A stretch of DNA of 32,993 nt. Origin: Patescibacteria group bacterium (GTDB lineage Bacteria > Patescibacteriota > Patescibacteriia > UBA2591 > CALHIP01). Under the pieces are notes generated by a model. The model was not told the DNA's origin and ran no database searches. It was given only the letters and a program-made list of their open reading frames with translations. The DNA lies in contig JBKBVX010000001.1 of assembly GCA_046289355.1 (NCBI GenBank), positions 1 through 32,993 of the forward strand, written 5' to 3'. Positions 1 to 8,737 of this stretch are shown one piece after another. Each line of letters starts with the position of its first letter. The stretch's first letter is position 1. The position numbers were made by a program, and so were the translations under genes.

Positions 1-438
1 GGTGTAGTCTTTCAAGATTTTAAATTACTTAATAATAAAACTGTTTATGAAAATGTTGCTTTTGCTTTAGAAGTTACTGGTGTTAAAGGAAGAGTTATAA
101 AAAATATCGTCCCTCAAGTTTTGAAAATAGTTGGCTTAGAAAAAAAATTTAAAAAATTTCCTGAACAACTTTCAATTGGTGAACAACAAAGGGTAGTTAT
201 TGCTAGAGCTATTGTTCATCGGCCAAAGATTTTAGCGGCTGATGAGCCAACTGGTAATGTTGATTTAATTAATACTCGAGAGATTATTGATCTTTTTAAA
301 AAAATTAATGAAATGGGTACAACCGTTATTTTAGTCACTCATAATCGAGAAATTGTTAATTATCTCCAAAGTAGAGTCATAATCCTTGAGCAAGGACAAA
401 TTATTTCTGATCAATTAAAAGGAAGATACGTTTTATAA
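1..438 (+). CDS. ftsE: Cell-division ABC transporter ATP-binding protein FtsE, C-terminal part (5' end outside window)
   Basis: Frame 1 is open from base 1 (GVVFQDFKLLNNKTVYENVAFALE...). It has the ABC signature LSIGEQQR, Walker B ILAADEPTGNVD and H-loop VTHN. ftsX follows directly. Confidence 0.85.
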   Translation, partial: GVVFQDFKLLNNKTVYENVAFALEVTGVKGRVIKNIVPQVLKIVGLEKKFKKFPEQLSIGEQQRVVIARAIVHRPKILAADEPTGNVDLINTREIIDLFKKINEMGTTVILVTHNREIVNYLQSRVIILEQGQIISDQLKGRYVL

Positions 439-445
439 AATAAAT

Positions 446-1354
446 ATGATAACATTTTTTCGTTCAATTAAATGGGCTTTTAAAAGTTTTTTTCGTCATT
501 TTACCCTTTCTCTGATTACCATCATCATTATTACTTTTAGTCTTTTTTCTCTCAATCTTCTTTTATTTCTTAATATTATTGGCAAAATCATTATTAATAA
601 TCTCCAAAGTAGGATTGATATTACTGTTTATTTAAGAAATGATTTAACTCAAAAGGAAATAGATGAATTTAGGGATCATCTTACAACCTGGCCAGAAATA
701 AAACAGATAGTCTATCTCAGCCCAGAGGAGTCTTTAGCCAGATTTAAAGAGAAGCACAAAAAAGATGAGTTAATCTTAAAATCTCTTGAAATTTTAGGTG
801 AAAATCCTTTAGGAGGTATTTTTATTCTTAAGGCAAATTCTTTAGAATCTTACCATTTGATTCTAAGAAAAATAGCTGAGCCGACTTATGATAAATTTAT
901 CCAAGAAAAAGAATATTATGAACATGAAAAAATTATTACTCTCATCAAAAATATTTCGCAAAAAATTTCTCTGGCTGGTTTAAGTATCGTTGCTATTTTT
1001 ACTTTTATTTCTATCATTGCTATTTTTAATAGTATCCAATTAGCTATTTATACCCGCGAAGATGAGATTAAAATTATGAGATTGATTGGTGCTACCAGTT
1101 CTTTCACTCGACTACCATTTGTGATAGAAAATATTTTATATGGAATTTGTGCCTGGTTTTTTAATCTATTGATATTTTTTGCCATTTTTAAATTTGCTTT
1201 ACCAAAGATTATTAATTTTTTAGAAATAGAAAGTCAAGTATTTTTCTCCTATCAGAAAGAGATAATTTATTCATTCATTGGTGTTTTATTTTTTTCAATA
1301 TTCTTAACTGTTATCAGTAGCTGGTTGGCAGTCAGGAAATATATCAAAACTTGA
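446..1354 (+). CDS. ftsX: Cell-division permease-like protein FtsX
   Basis: 302 aa. An N-terminal TM helix is followed by a roughly 130-aa extracytoplasmic domain and three C-terminal TM helices, which is the FtsX topology. It starts 8 nt after ftsE. Confidence 0.8.
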   Translation: MITFFRSIKWAFKSFFRHFTLSLITIIIITFSLFSLNLLLFLNIIGKIIINNLQSRIDITVYLRNDLTQKEIDEFRDHLTTWPEIKQIVYLSPEESLARFKEKHKKDELILKSLEILGENPLGGIFILKANSLESYHLILRKIAEPTYDKFIQEKEYYEHEKIITLIKNISQKISLAGLSIVAIFTFISIIAIFNSIQLAIYTREDEIKIMRLIGATSSFTRLPFVIENILYGICAWFFNLLIFFAIFKFALPKIINFLEIESQVFFSYQKEIIYSFIGVLFFSIFLTVISSWLAVRKYIKT

Positions 1355-1417
1355 CTTGTTCTTTAATTGTTGTAAAATTGAAAAATATTTTCTCTAGGCA
1401 AAATTATAAAAATTTAT

Positions 1418-2431
1418 ATGCCATTCTTTATAAAAAAAATTGGCATTGATTTAGGTACTGCTACTACTTTGGTTTATTTACCAAATCGAGGAATTGTTAT
1501 TAACGAACCATCGGTGGTAGCTATTTCAACTATCGATAAAAAAGTACTGGCTGTTGGCGATGAAGCCAAAGAAATGGTTGGTCGAACACCGGATACTATT
1601 GTTGCTTTAAAACCAATGAAAAATGGAGTAATTGCTGATTATAAAATTACTGAGTCAATGCTAAGATATTTTATTGATAAAGCCCTTGGTTCATTTCGTC
1701 TTTTTAAACCTGAAGTGATGGTAGCAGTACCAGCTGGCATTACCTCTACAGAAAGAAGGGCAGTAATTGACGCAACAATTGCTGCCGGCGCTAAAGCTGC
1801 CTATATTATAAAAGAACCAATTGCTGCCGCTATTGGCGCCAATATCCCTATTGGTTCTCCTTCTGGTCATATGATTATTGACATTGGCGGAGGAACAACT
1901 GAGGTAGCTGTTATTTCTTTAGGTGGTATTGTTTCTAATACTTGTCTCAAAGTGGCTGGAAATAAATTTGATGCTGCTATTATGGATTATATTAGGAAAA
2001 AATATAATTTGGCTATTGGTGAACAGACAGCTGAACAAGTGAAAATAAAAATTGGTGCTGCCACATTTTTAGAGAAAAAATTAGTTACTCAGATTCGCGG
2101 TCGAGATATGATTACCGGTTTGCCAAGGAATTTAACTATTACTTCTGATGATATTACTGAAGCAATTAAAGGCGAACTTGAAGCCATTATTGGTGCTATT
2201 AAGTCAGTTTTGGCTATGACACCACCAGAATTAGCAGCTGATGTAATGGATAAAGGAATGGTCCTTTCTGGTGGCTCAGCTTTACTTCGCAATATTGATA
2301 AATTAATAAGTGAAGCAACTGGTGTTTCTTGTTATATTGCTGATGAACCACAACTTTGTGTTGTCAAAGGGACAGGCATTGCCTTAGAGAATTTAGAGAG
2401 TTACAAAAAGAGTATTATGGCATTAAAATAA
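1418..2431 (+). CDS. mreB: Rod-shape determining actin homologue MreB
   Basis: Actin-fold phosphate motifs GIDLGTATTLVY and IDIGGGTTEVAVISLGG, plus the C-terminal GGSALLRNIDKLISEATGV typical of MreB. Confidence 0.93.
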   Translation: MPFFIKKIGIDLGTATTLVYLPNRGIVINEPSVVAISTIDKKVLAVGDEAKEMVGRTPDTIVALKPMKNGVIADYKITESMLRYFIDKALGSFRLFKPEVMVAVPAGITSTERRAVIDATIAAGAKAAYIIKEPIAAAIGANIPIGSPSGHMIIDIGGGTTEVAVISLGGIVSNTCLKVAGNKFDAAIMDYIRKKYNLAIGEQTAEQVKIKIGAATFLEKKLVTQIRGRDMITGLPRNLTITSDDITEAIKGELEAIIGAIKSVLAMTPPELAADVMDKGMVLSGGSALLRNIDKLISEATGVSCYIADEPQLCVVKGTGIALENLESYKKSIMALK

Positions 2432-2464
2432 TATTTTGAAAAATTATTTTTAAATAATTTCGAA

Positions 2465-3634
2465 ATGATTATTGGTATTGATGCCTCAAGAGCTAATCGC
2501 AAATTTAAAACTGGAGTTGAATGGTATTCCTATTATTTGATTGAAGAATTAAAAAAAATTACTCAATCAAGTAGACATCAATTTTTTTTATATACTGATA
2601 AACCATTAAGAGGTGAATTAGCGTCTTTACCAAGAAATTGGCAGGAAAAAATTTTAAGATGGCCACCAAAATATCTTTGGACAAAAATTCGTCTTTCTTT
2701 GGAAATGTTAAAACAAAAACCAGATATTTTATTTATTCCAAGTCATACTATGCCATTGTTTTATCCAAAAAAAACAGTCATGACAATTCATGATCTTGGT
2801 TATGAAAGATATCCAGAAGCATATTCTTGGTTTTCTCGGATCTATTTGCGGAAAAATTATCGTTTTGCTTCTCGCCATGCGGCTAAAATAATTGTTCCTA
2901 CCGAATTTACAAAAAAAGAGTTGATGGAAATTTATGGTACTCGGTCGGAAAAAATTGAGGTTATTCATTTAGCTTATAATAGTAAAGTTTTCAGGCCAAT
3001 TAAAGATGAAGAAAAAGTTAATCAAGTTTTAAAAAAATATAAAGTTCAGAAACCTTATCTTTTGTTCATTGGAAGATTAGAGATAAAAAAGGGTCTCAAA
3101 TGCCTTTTGGAGGCATATAGATTACTAGTTAATAATAAAAAATGGCAAAATCTAATTTTGGTTTTGGTTGGAAAAAAAGGTTATGGTTATAATGAGATTA
3201 AAAATTTGAAATTAAAAATTAAAAATTTAATCGAATTGGGTTATTTAGAAAATGAAGAAGATCGAGCTTGTTTATATAACAAAGCAGAATTATTTGTTTT
3301 TCCATCATTGTATGAAGGATTTGGTCTACCACTTCTTGAAGCAATGGCTTGTGGCTGTCCGGTTATTGCTTCGGATATTGAACCATTTAAAGAAATTATT
3401 TTCGGTAAATATCACGATTATGAAATATACCGAACGAATGAAGAGTTAAATTTAGTTGGAGGGGTAATTTTAGTTCCGCCGAACGAACCAGAAATTTTAG
3501 CTGGAAAAATAAAAAAAGTTTTGGAAGATCAAGTATTACGAGAAAAAATGATTACCTTTGGTCTTGAATGCGTTAAAAATTTTTCTTGGCAAAAATGTGC
3601 TCAAAAAACTTTAGAAGTTTTAGAAAGTTTATAA
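2465..3634 (+). CDS. Glycosyltransferase, GT4 (GT-B fold) family
   Basis: 389 aa with the C-terminal EX7E motif region LYEGFGLPLLEAMACGCPVIASD, characteristic of GT4/Glycos_transf_1. Confidence 0.8.
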   Translation: MIIGIDASRANRKFKTGVEWYSYYLIEELKKITQSSRHQFFLYTDKPLRGELASLPRNWQEKILRWPPKYLWTKIRLSLEMLKQKPDILFIPSHTMPLFYPKKTVMTIHDLGYERYPEAYSWFSRIYLRKNYRFASRHAAKIIVPTEFTKKELMEIYGTRSEKIEVIHLAYNSKVFRPIKDEEKVNQVLKKYKVQKPYLLFIGRLEIKKGLKCLLEAYRLLVNNKKWQNLILVLVGKKGYGYNEIKNLKLKIKNLIELGYLENEEDRACLYNKAELFVFPSLYEGFGLPLLEAMACGCPVIASDIEPFKEIIFGKYHDYEIYRTNEELNLVGGVILVPPNEPEILAGKIKKVLEDQVLREKMITFGLECVKNFSWQKCAQKTLEVLESL

Positions 3635-3647
3635 AATATTAATTTTT

Positions 3648-4619
3648 ATGATTTTTAATTGGCCAATTATTGGACATAAAAACATTGTCAAATTTCTTCA
3701 AAGAAATATTGTTAATAAGAAGATTGCTCATGCTTATCTTTTTTATGGTCCAGAAAATTTAGGTAAAAAAAGCGTGGCTAAATATTTTGCTCTTTCTTTA
3801 ATCTGTTCTGGTAAAGAAAAGCCATGTCTAAAATGTCAAAATTGCCAGAATTTTTTAAAAGATATTCACCCCGATGTTATTTGGTTAAAAAAAGAGGAGG
3901 GGAAAAATAATATCTCGATTGATCAAATCAGAGATTTAAAGAAAAAGATTTTTTTAGCCGGCTTTACAGATTCATATAAAGTGATTATAATAGTTAATGC
4001 TGAAGAAATGACACCAGAAGCAGCTAATTCATTTTTGAAAATTCTTGAAGAGCCACCTAAAAAAAGTCTCATCATTTTATTGGCTAATAATCTTAGAGGA
4101 ATTCCAAAAACTATTCTTTCTCGTTGTCAACTTTTGAAATTTTCTCTTGTCCCTAAAAAGGAAATTTTGGAATATTTAAAAAAAGAATATCACTTGTCTG
4201 ATAAAAAAGCCGAAGAGATTTCTGCTATTTCTTTTGGTCGTCCTGGCCAAGCTATTAAATTTGTTAAAGATAAAAAAATTTTAGAAAAATATCTAGAGGG
4301 ACAAAAAAAATTAATAGAAATTATGACTAGTGATTTGAATAAAAGATTAATGATAGTATCTGAGATAGCCAAAGAAAATGAGATTGGGAAAATTATTATT
4401 GGTTGGAAAAATTTAATTCGTGATATAATCCTTTTAAAAACAAATAATGATGAATTAGTTGTTAATTTAATCTTCAAAGAAAAAATTAAAAAATTATCTG
4501 AGAAATTTTCTTTTGAGAAAATTTATCAAATAGAAAAAGAATTGGATAATTTCAATTTCTATCTCAATCAAAATATTAATTTAAGATTGGCTTTAGATAA
4601 CTTTGTAATTAATATTTAA
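3648..4619 (+). CDS. holB: DNA polymerase III clamp-loader delta' subunit
   Basis: P-loop-like GPENLGKKS, zinc module C-x6-C-x2-C-x2-C (CSGKEKPCLKCQNCQNF), SRC sensor motif ILSRCQ. The 323-aa size is typical of delta' rather than tau/gamma. Confidence 0.75.
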   Translation: MIFNWPIIGHKNIVKFLQRNIVNKKIAHAYLFYGPENLGKKSVAKYFALSLICSGKEKPCLKCQNCQNFLKDIHPDVIWLKKEEGKNNISIDQIRDLKKKIFLAGFTDSYKVIIIVNAEEMTPEAANSFLKILEEPPKKSLIILLANNLRGIPKTILSRCQLLKFSLVPKKEILEYLKKEYHLSDKKAEEISAISFGRPGQAIKFVKDKKILEKYLEGQKKLIEIMTSDLNKRLMIVSEIAKENEIGKIIIGWKNLIRDIILLKTNNDELVVNLIFKEKIKKLSEKFSFEKIYQIEKELDNFNFYLNQNINLRLALDNFVINI

Positions 4620-4628
4620 TTAAGTTTT

Positions 4629-5693
4629 ATGAAAACAAAAAAGATCATTTTAATTGGATTAATGATTTTATCAGCCATTCTTTTAACTGGTCAGGGTTGT
4701 GCCAAACAAAAGAAAGTTGTTAAAGGTTTAAGCGATGGTGGTCTTTGGGTTTCTTATGATAAAGGCGAAACCTGGCAACAAAAAGTGGCCATGCCAACTT
4801 TGGCTGGCCTTAAGCAATTAAACGAATTAAATCTTAATTTTCTCATTTTTGATCCACAAGATTCCCAGACTCTTTATTGGGGAGCAGCTGAATCTGGACT
4901 TTATGTTTCTTATGATGGAGCAAATTCTTGGCAAGAAGTTTCAAAACTTCCCAAAACTTATATCAATGATTTAGTTGTTGATCCGAAGGCAAAAAATATC
5001 ATCTATGTTGCTATCAACAATAGGATCTATAAAAGTACCGATTGCTCTCGTAATTGGACTAACATCTATATTGATATTCCTGGTGTTGCTGTCAATGCTT
5101 TAGCTGTTGATCCACTCAATTCAAAAAGAATCATTGCTGGTCTGGCTGATGGTCGATTAATTGAAAGCGAAGATGGTGGAATTAACTGGAGAATTTCTTC
5201 TGATTTAAAGACAAATATCAAAGACATTTTCTTTAATCCAAAAGAACCAAATATTGTTTATCTTGCTACCCAGACCTCTGGACTTTATCGAAGTACTGAC
5301 TCAGGCAAGAATTGGAATAAAATTGAAGAATTAGACAAAATTCCTGGTGCTTCAGTTTTCTATTATGCTTTCTTTGATGAGACAAGAAAAGATGCTTTGT
5401 TTATTCTTACTGATGCTGGTTTTCTTAGATCTGATGAAGGAGCGACCAACTGGCAAACTTATAGATTATTGACTCAACCTGGTCGGGTAAAAATTTGGTC
5501 TTTTACTGCCAATCCGAAAAATCCTAATGAAATCTATTACGCCACTGAGACGACTTTTTACAAATCAACTAATGGTGGACAAACTTGGATAACGAAAAAT
5601 TTACCGACTTCTCGAAAGCCAATTTATCTCACCACTAATCCAGATAATCCAAATATCCTTTATCTTGGCACATATCAACCACCTTCCAAATAA
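4629..5693 (+). CDS. Secreted/lipid-anchored BNR (Asp-box) repeat beta-propeller protein, function unknown
   Basis: Signal peptide with Cys (MKTKKIILIGLMILSAILLTGQGC). Seven Asp-box motifs about 45 aa apart: SYDKGETW, SYDGANSW, STDCSRNW, SEDGGINW, STDSGKNW, SDEGATNW, STNGGQTW. Confidence 0.7.
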   Translation: MKTKKIILIGLMILSAILLTGQGCAKQKKVVKGLSDGGLWVSYDKGETWQQKVAMPTLAGLKQLNELNLNFLIFDPQDSQTLYWGAAESGLYVSYDGANSWQEVSKLPKTYINDLVVDPKAKNIIYVAINNRIYKSTDCSRNWTNIYIDIPGVAVNALAVDPLNSKRIIAGLADGRLIESEDGGINWRISSDLKTNIKDIFFNPKEPNIVYLATQTSGLYRSTDSGKNWNKIEELDKIPGASVFYYAFFDETRKDALFILTDAGFLRSDEGATNWQTYRLLTQPGRVKIWSFTANPKNPNEIYYATETTFYKSTNGGQTWITKNLPTSRKPIYLTTNPDNPNILYLGTYQPPSK

Positions 5694-5732
5694 AATCAAA
5701 ATTCCAGAAATTAATAACCAAAGTTCAAGAAT

Positions 5733-6287
5733 ATGGCTAATATCATTGATTCTTATCAAAACGATTTCCAAAAAGTTATTGAATTTTTAAAAAAAGAAAT
5801 TGCTGGTTTAAGAATCTCGCGGGCTAATTCAACCTTAGTGGAAAATCTTATTGTTGATGCCTATGGAACCAAGATGATGCTTAAACAATTAGCCAGTATT
5901 TCTGTTTTAGAAGGAAAGACAATTATCATCCAGCCTTGGGATAAAAATAATTTGAAAAACATTGAGAAAGCTTTTCAAACTTCGAGCCTCGGTCTAATTC
6001 CAATTGTTGACGGTGATTTAATTAAAATCTCCATTCCACCTTTAACTGAAGAAAAAAGAAAAGAATTAATCAAAATTCTTCATCAGAAAGCTGAATCTGC
6101 CAGAATTGGTTTAAGAGGGGTTCGGGATAAAATTAGAGAAGAAATTTTCCGGCAAGAAAGAGAAAAGAAAATAAGCGAAGATGAAAAATATCGTCTTTTA
6201 AAAAAACTTGATGAAAAAACCAAGGAAATCGATGAAGAAATTAAAGAATTGGTAAAAGAAAAAGAGGAAGAGATAATGAAGATATAA
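5733..6287 (+). CDS. frr: Ribosome recycling factor
   Basis: 184 aa. Typical RRF signature ISIPPLTEEKRKELIK and a charged C-terminal helix. Confidence 0.93.
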   Translation: MANIIDSYQNDFQKVIEFLKKEIAGLRISRANSTLVENLIVDAYGTKMMLKQLASISVLEGKTIIIQPWDKNNLKNIEKAFQTSSLGLIPIVDGDLIKISIPPLTEEKRKELIKILHQKAESARIGLRGVRDKIREEIFRQEREKKISEDEKYRLLKKLDEKTKEIDEEIKELVKEKEEEIMKI

Positions 6288-6315
6288 ATTGGTAATTTTT
6301 AAAATCAACTAAAAT

Positions 6316-7500
6316 ATGATCACTTTATTGATCGTTTTCATTTCTTTAAGTATCCTAATTTTTTTTCATGAATTTGGTCACTTTATTTTTTCTCGTTTGG
6401 CTAAGATAAAAGTTGAAGAATTTGGTTTTGGTTATCCACCAAGAATAATTGGTCTGGTTAAAATAAAAAAAACAAATAAATGGCAGATATTTTTTGGCAA
6501 GAAATTGCCACCTTCCGAAGAATTAATTTCGACTATCTATTCTTTGAATTTGATTCCTTTTGGTGGTTTTAACAAAATTAAAGGCGAGGAAGGAGAAACA
6601 ATAACGCCAGATAGTTTTTATTTTAAACCTTGGTGGCAAAGGATAGCTTCACTGACTGGTGGGGTAATAATGAATCTTATTTTAGCTATTATCCTTTATT
6701 CCATCGGTTTTAATGTAGGTATCCCTTCAATAGCAAAGAAAAACGAATTAGGACCCTCTGTTCATTTAAAAGAAGTTGGTATCCAAATTATCTCTGTAAA
6801 AAGATCTTCTCCAGCTGATGAGGCTGGCCTACTTATAGGCGATATCATTTTAGCAGTTGATGGTCAAGAATATAAAGAAGAGAAAGATATCCAGGCTTAT
6901 ATCAATCGAAAAGTTGGTCAAGTAGTTAATTTAAAAATAAAAAGAGGCAAAAAAGAAATTAATTTTAATGTTGTCCCACGTTTAGCTCAAGAAGTTTTTT
7001 CTGAAGAAGAATTGGCCGGTCGGGAATTGACTGGCGGTGTGATTGGTGTTATTTTTTCTAAAGTTAACATTATTTCTTATCCATTTCCTTTAGCTATTTT
7101 TGAAGGAGTAAAAACGACTTTTATTACTTTTTGGCGAATTATCGCCGGTGTTTATTTTATCTTAAAAGAATTATTAATTAAGGGGAAGATGGTTGGTGAA
7201 GTAGTGGGAGTGGTTGGTATTGGTACTTTTATTGGCGAAGTTTATCAAATTGGTTTTATTTACCTTCTCCAATTTATTGCTTTTATTTCTATTGCCATTG
7301 CTGTTTCTCAATTGATTCCTTTTCCTGCTTTAGATGGTGGTCGGATATTTTTTACTTTAATCGAAGCTATCAGAGGAAAACCGATTAGTCGAAAAATTGA
7401 AGTTTTAATTCATAACATTGGCTTTACCATTCTTATCCTTTTAATGGTTTTTATTACCTATAGAGATTTAATGAGGTTGGGTGAGAAATTATTTAAATAA
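6316..7500 (+). CDS. rseP: RIP metalloprotease RseP/YluC-type site-2 protease (M50)
   Basis: HEFGH zinc motif in the first TM helix, a single PDZ domain (SPADEAGLLIGDIILAVDG) and the C-terminal LIPFPALDGGR motif. Confidence 0.85.
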   Translation: MITLLIVFISLSILIFFHEFGHFIFSRLAKIKVEEFGFGYPPRIIGLVKIKKTNKWQIFFGKKLPPSEELISTIYSLNLIPFGGFNKIKGEEGETITPDSFYFKPWWQRIASLTGGVIMNLILAIILYSIGFNVGIPSIAKKNELGPSVHLKEVGIQIISVKRSSPADEAGLLIGDIILAVDGQEYKEEKDIQAYINRKVGQVVNLKIKRGKKEINFNVVPRLAQEVFSEEELAGRELTGGVIGVIFSKVNIISYPFPLAIFEGVKTTFITFWRIIAGVYFILKELLIKGKMVGEVVGVVGIGTFIGEVYQIGFIYLLQFIAFISIAIAVSQLIPFPALDGGRIFFTLIEAIRGKPISRKIEVLIHNIGFTILILLMVFITYRDLMRLGEKLFK

Positions 7501-7504
7501 AATT

Positions 7505-8734
7505 ATGAAACAAAGCTATTTTTTTCTTAAAACCTTACGTCAAATACCAAAAGAGGCAGAAACAATTAGCCATAAACTTTTGGTAAAAGGTTTTTTTATC
7601 GATCAATTGACCTCTGGAATTTGGAATTTTTTACCTTTAGGTTGGCGGGTTCATCAAAAAATTGAAAAAATTATTCGTCAGGAAATGAATAAAATTGGCG
7701 GTCAAGAAATTTATCTCCCAGTTTTACAACCAAAAGAGATCTGGCAAAAAACTGACCGATGGGAAAAAATGGAGCCACCCCTTTTTAAATTAAAAGATAG
7801 ACATCATAAAGATTTTGCCTTAGGTTCAACTCATGAAGAGGTGATTACTCTTTTAGCAAAAAAATATATTCAGTCATACAAAGATTTACCTTTAGCTCTC
7901 TATCAGATCCAAGTTAAATTTAGAAATGAAATGAGGCCGACAGGTGGTTTACTTCGAACTCGAGAATTTATAATGAAAGATTTGTATAGTTTTCATAAAG
8001 ATAAAGAGGATTTAGATAAATATTATCAGAATGTCTTAGATGCTTATCTAAAAATTTATCAGCAATGTGATTTAACTACTGTTGTTTTAGAAGCTTCTTC
8101 TGGAACAATTGGTGGAAGTGAATCACACGAGTTTTTAGTTTTAGCAGATTCAGGAGAAGATAAAATTTTAATTTGTTCAAAATGTAATTGGCAGGCTAAG
8201 GAAGAAAAAGCAGGGAAAATTGAAAGATGTTTAAAATGTGGGAATAAATTAATAATCAAGAGAGGAATAGAGGTTGGCCATATCTTTAAATTAGGCACAA
8301 AATATTCTCAAAGTTTCGATCTTTATTATTTAGATAAAGATGGAAAAAAGAAATTGGTTGAAATGGGTTGTTATGGAATTGGTTTAGGTAGATTGATGGC
8401 AACTATTGTCGAAGTTCATCATGATGAAAAAGGAATTATCTGGCCAGAATCAGTTGCACCATTTAAATATCATTTATTAGTCTTTGATCAAGAAGAAAAA
8501 AAAGTTAGAAATTTCGCTGATAGAGTTTATTATAATTTACTTAAAAGAGATCAAGAAGTTCTTTATGACGACCGTAATGTTTCACCTGGTGTTAAACTTA
8601 AAGATGCGGATCTAATTGGTATTCCTTATCGTTTGGTTATTAGCAAAAAGACTGCTGACAAAATTGAGATAAAAAAAAGAAATGAAAAAAAATTCAATCT
8701 TATAAATTTAAAAAAATTGTTAAAAATCAATTAA
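7505..8734 (+). CDS. proS: Prolyl-tRNA synthetase, bacterial type but lacking the INS editing domain
   Basis: MKQSYFFLKTLRQIPKEAETISHKLL aligns with the E. coli ProRS N-terminus, so ATG 7505 is preferred over 7481. Class II motifs FRNEMRPTGGLLRTREFIMKD and KRGIEVGHIFKLGTKYS are present. Only about 25 aa lie where the INS domain normally sits. Confidence 0.92.
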   Translation: MKQSYFFLKTLRQIPKEAETISHKLLVKGFFIDQLTSGIWNFLPLGWRVHQKIEKIIRQEMNKIGGQEIYLPVLQPKEIWQKTDRWEKMEPPLFKLKDRHHKDFALGSTHEEVITLLAKKYIQSYKDLPLALYQIQVKFRNEMRPTGGLLRTREFIMKDLYSFHKDKEDLDKYYQNVLDAYLKIYQQCDLTTVVLEASSGTIGGSESHEFLVLADSGEDKILICSKCNWQAKEEKAGKIERCLKCGNKLIIKRGIEVGHIFKLGTKYSQSFDLYYLDKDGKKKLVEMGCYGIGLGRLMATIVEVHHDEKGIIWPESVAPFKYHLLVFDQEEKKVRNFADRVYYNLLKRDQEVLYDDRNVSPGVKLKDADLIGIPYRLVISKKTADKIEIKKRNEKKFNLINLKKLLKIN

Positions 8735-8737
8735 TAA

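Noticed and set aside
1418-2431. mreB following ftsEX without mreC/mreD, considered as a possible novel morphogenetic module.
   Set aside because: Adjacency alone is weak evidence. All three are standard housekeeping genes, and mreCD may be elsewhere or absent, as in other reduced genomes.
7481-7504. Upstream in-frame ATGs from the ORF track: proS at 7481, argS at 17923, TsaB-like at 10676.
   Set aside because: By-eye alignment to the remembered E. coli ProRS and TsaB N-termini supports the downstream ATGs 7505 and 10745. For argS, 17938 (MSEIKII) is preferred only because it removes the overlap with the upstream gene; no ArgRS alignment was made. The longer versions overlap upstream genes and add non-conserved residues.
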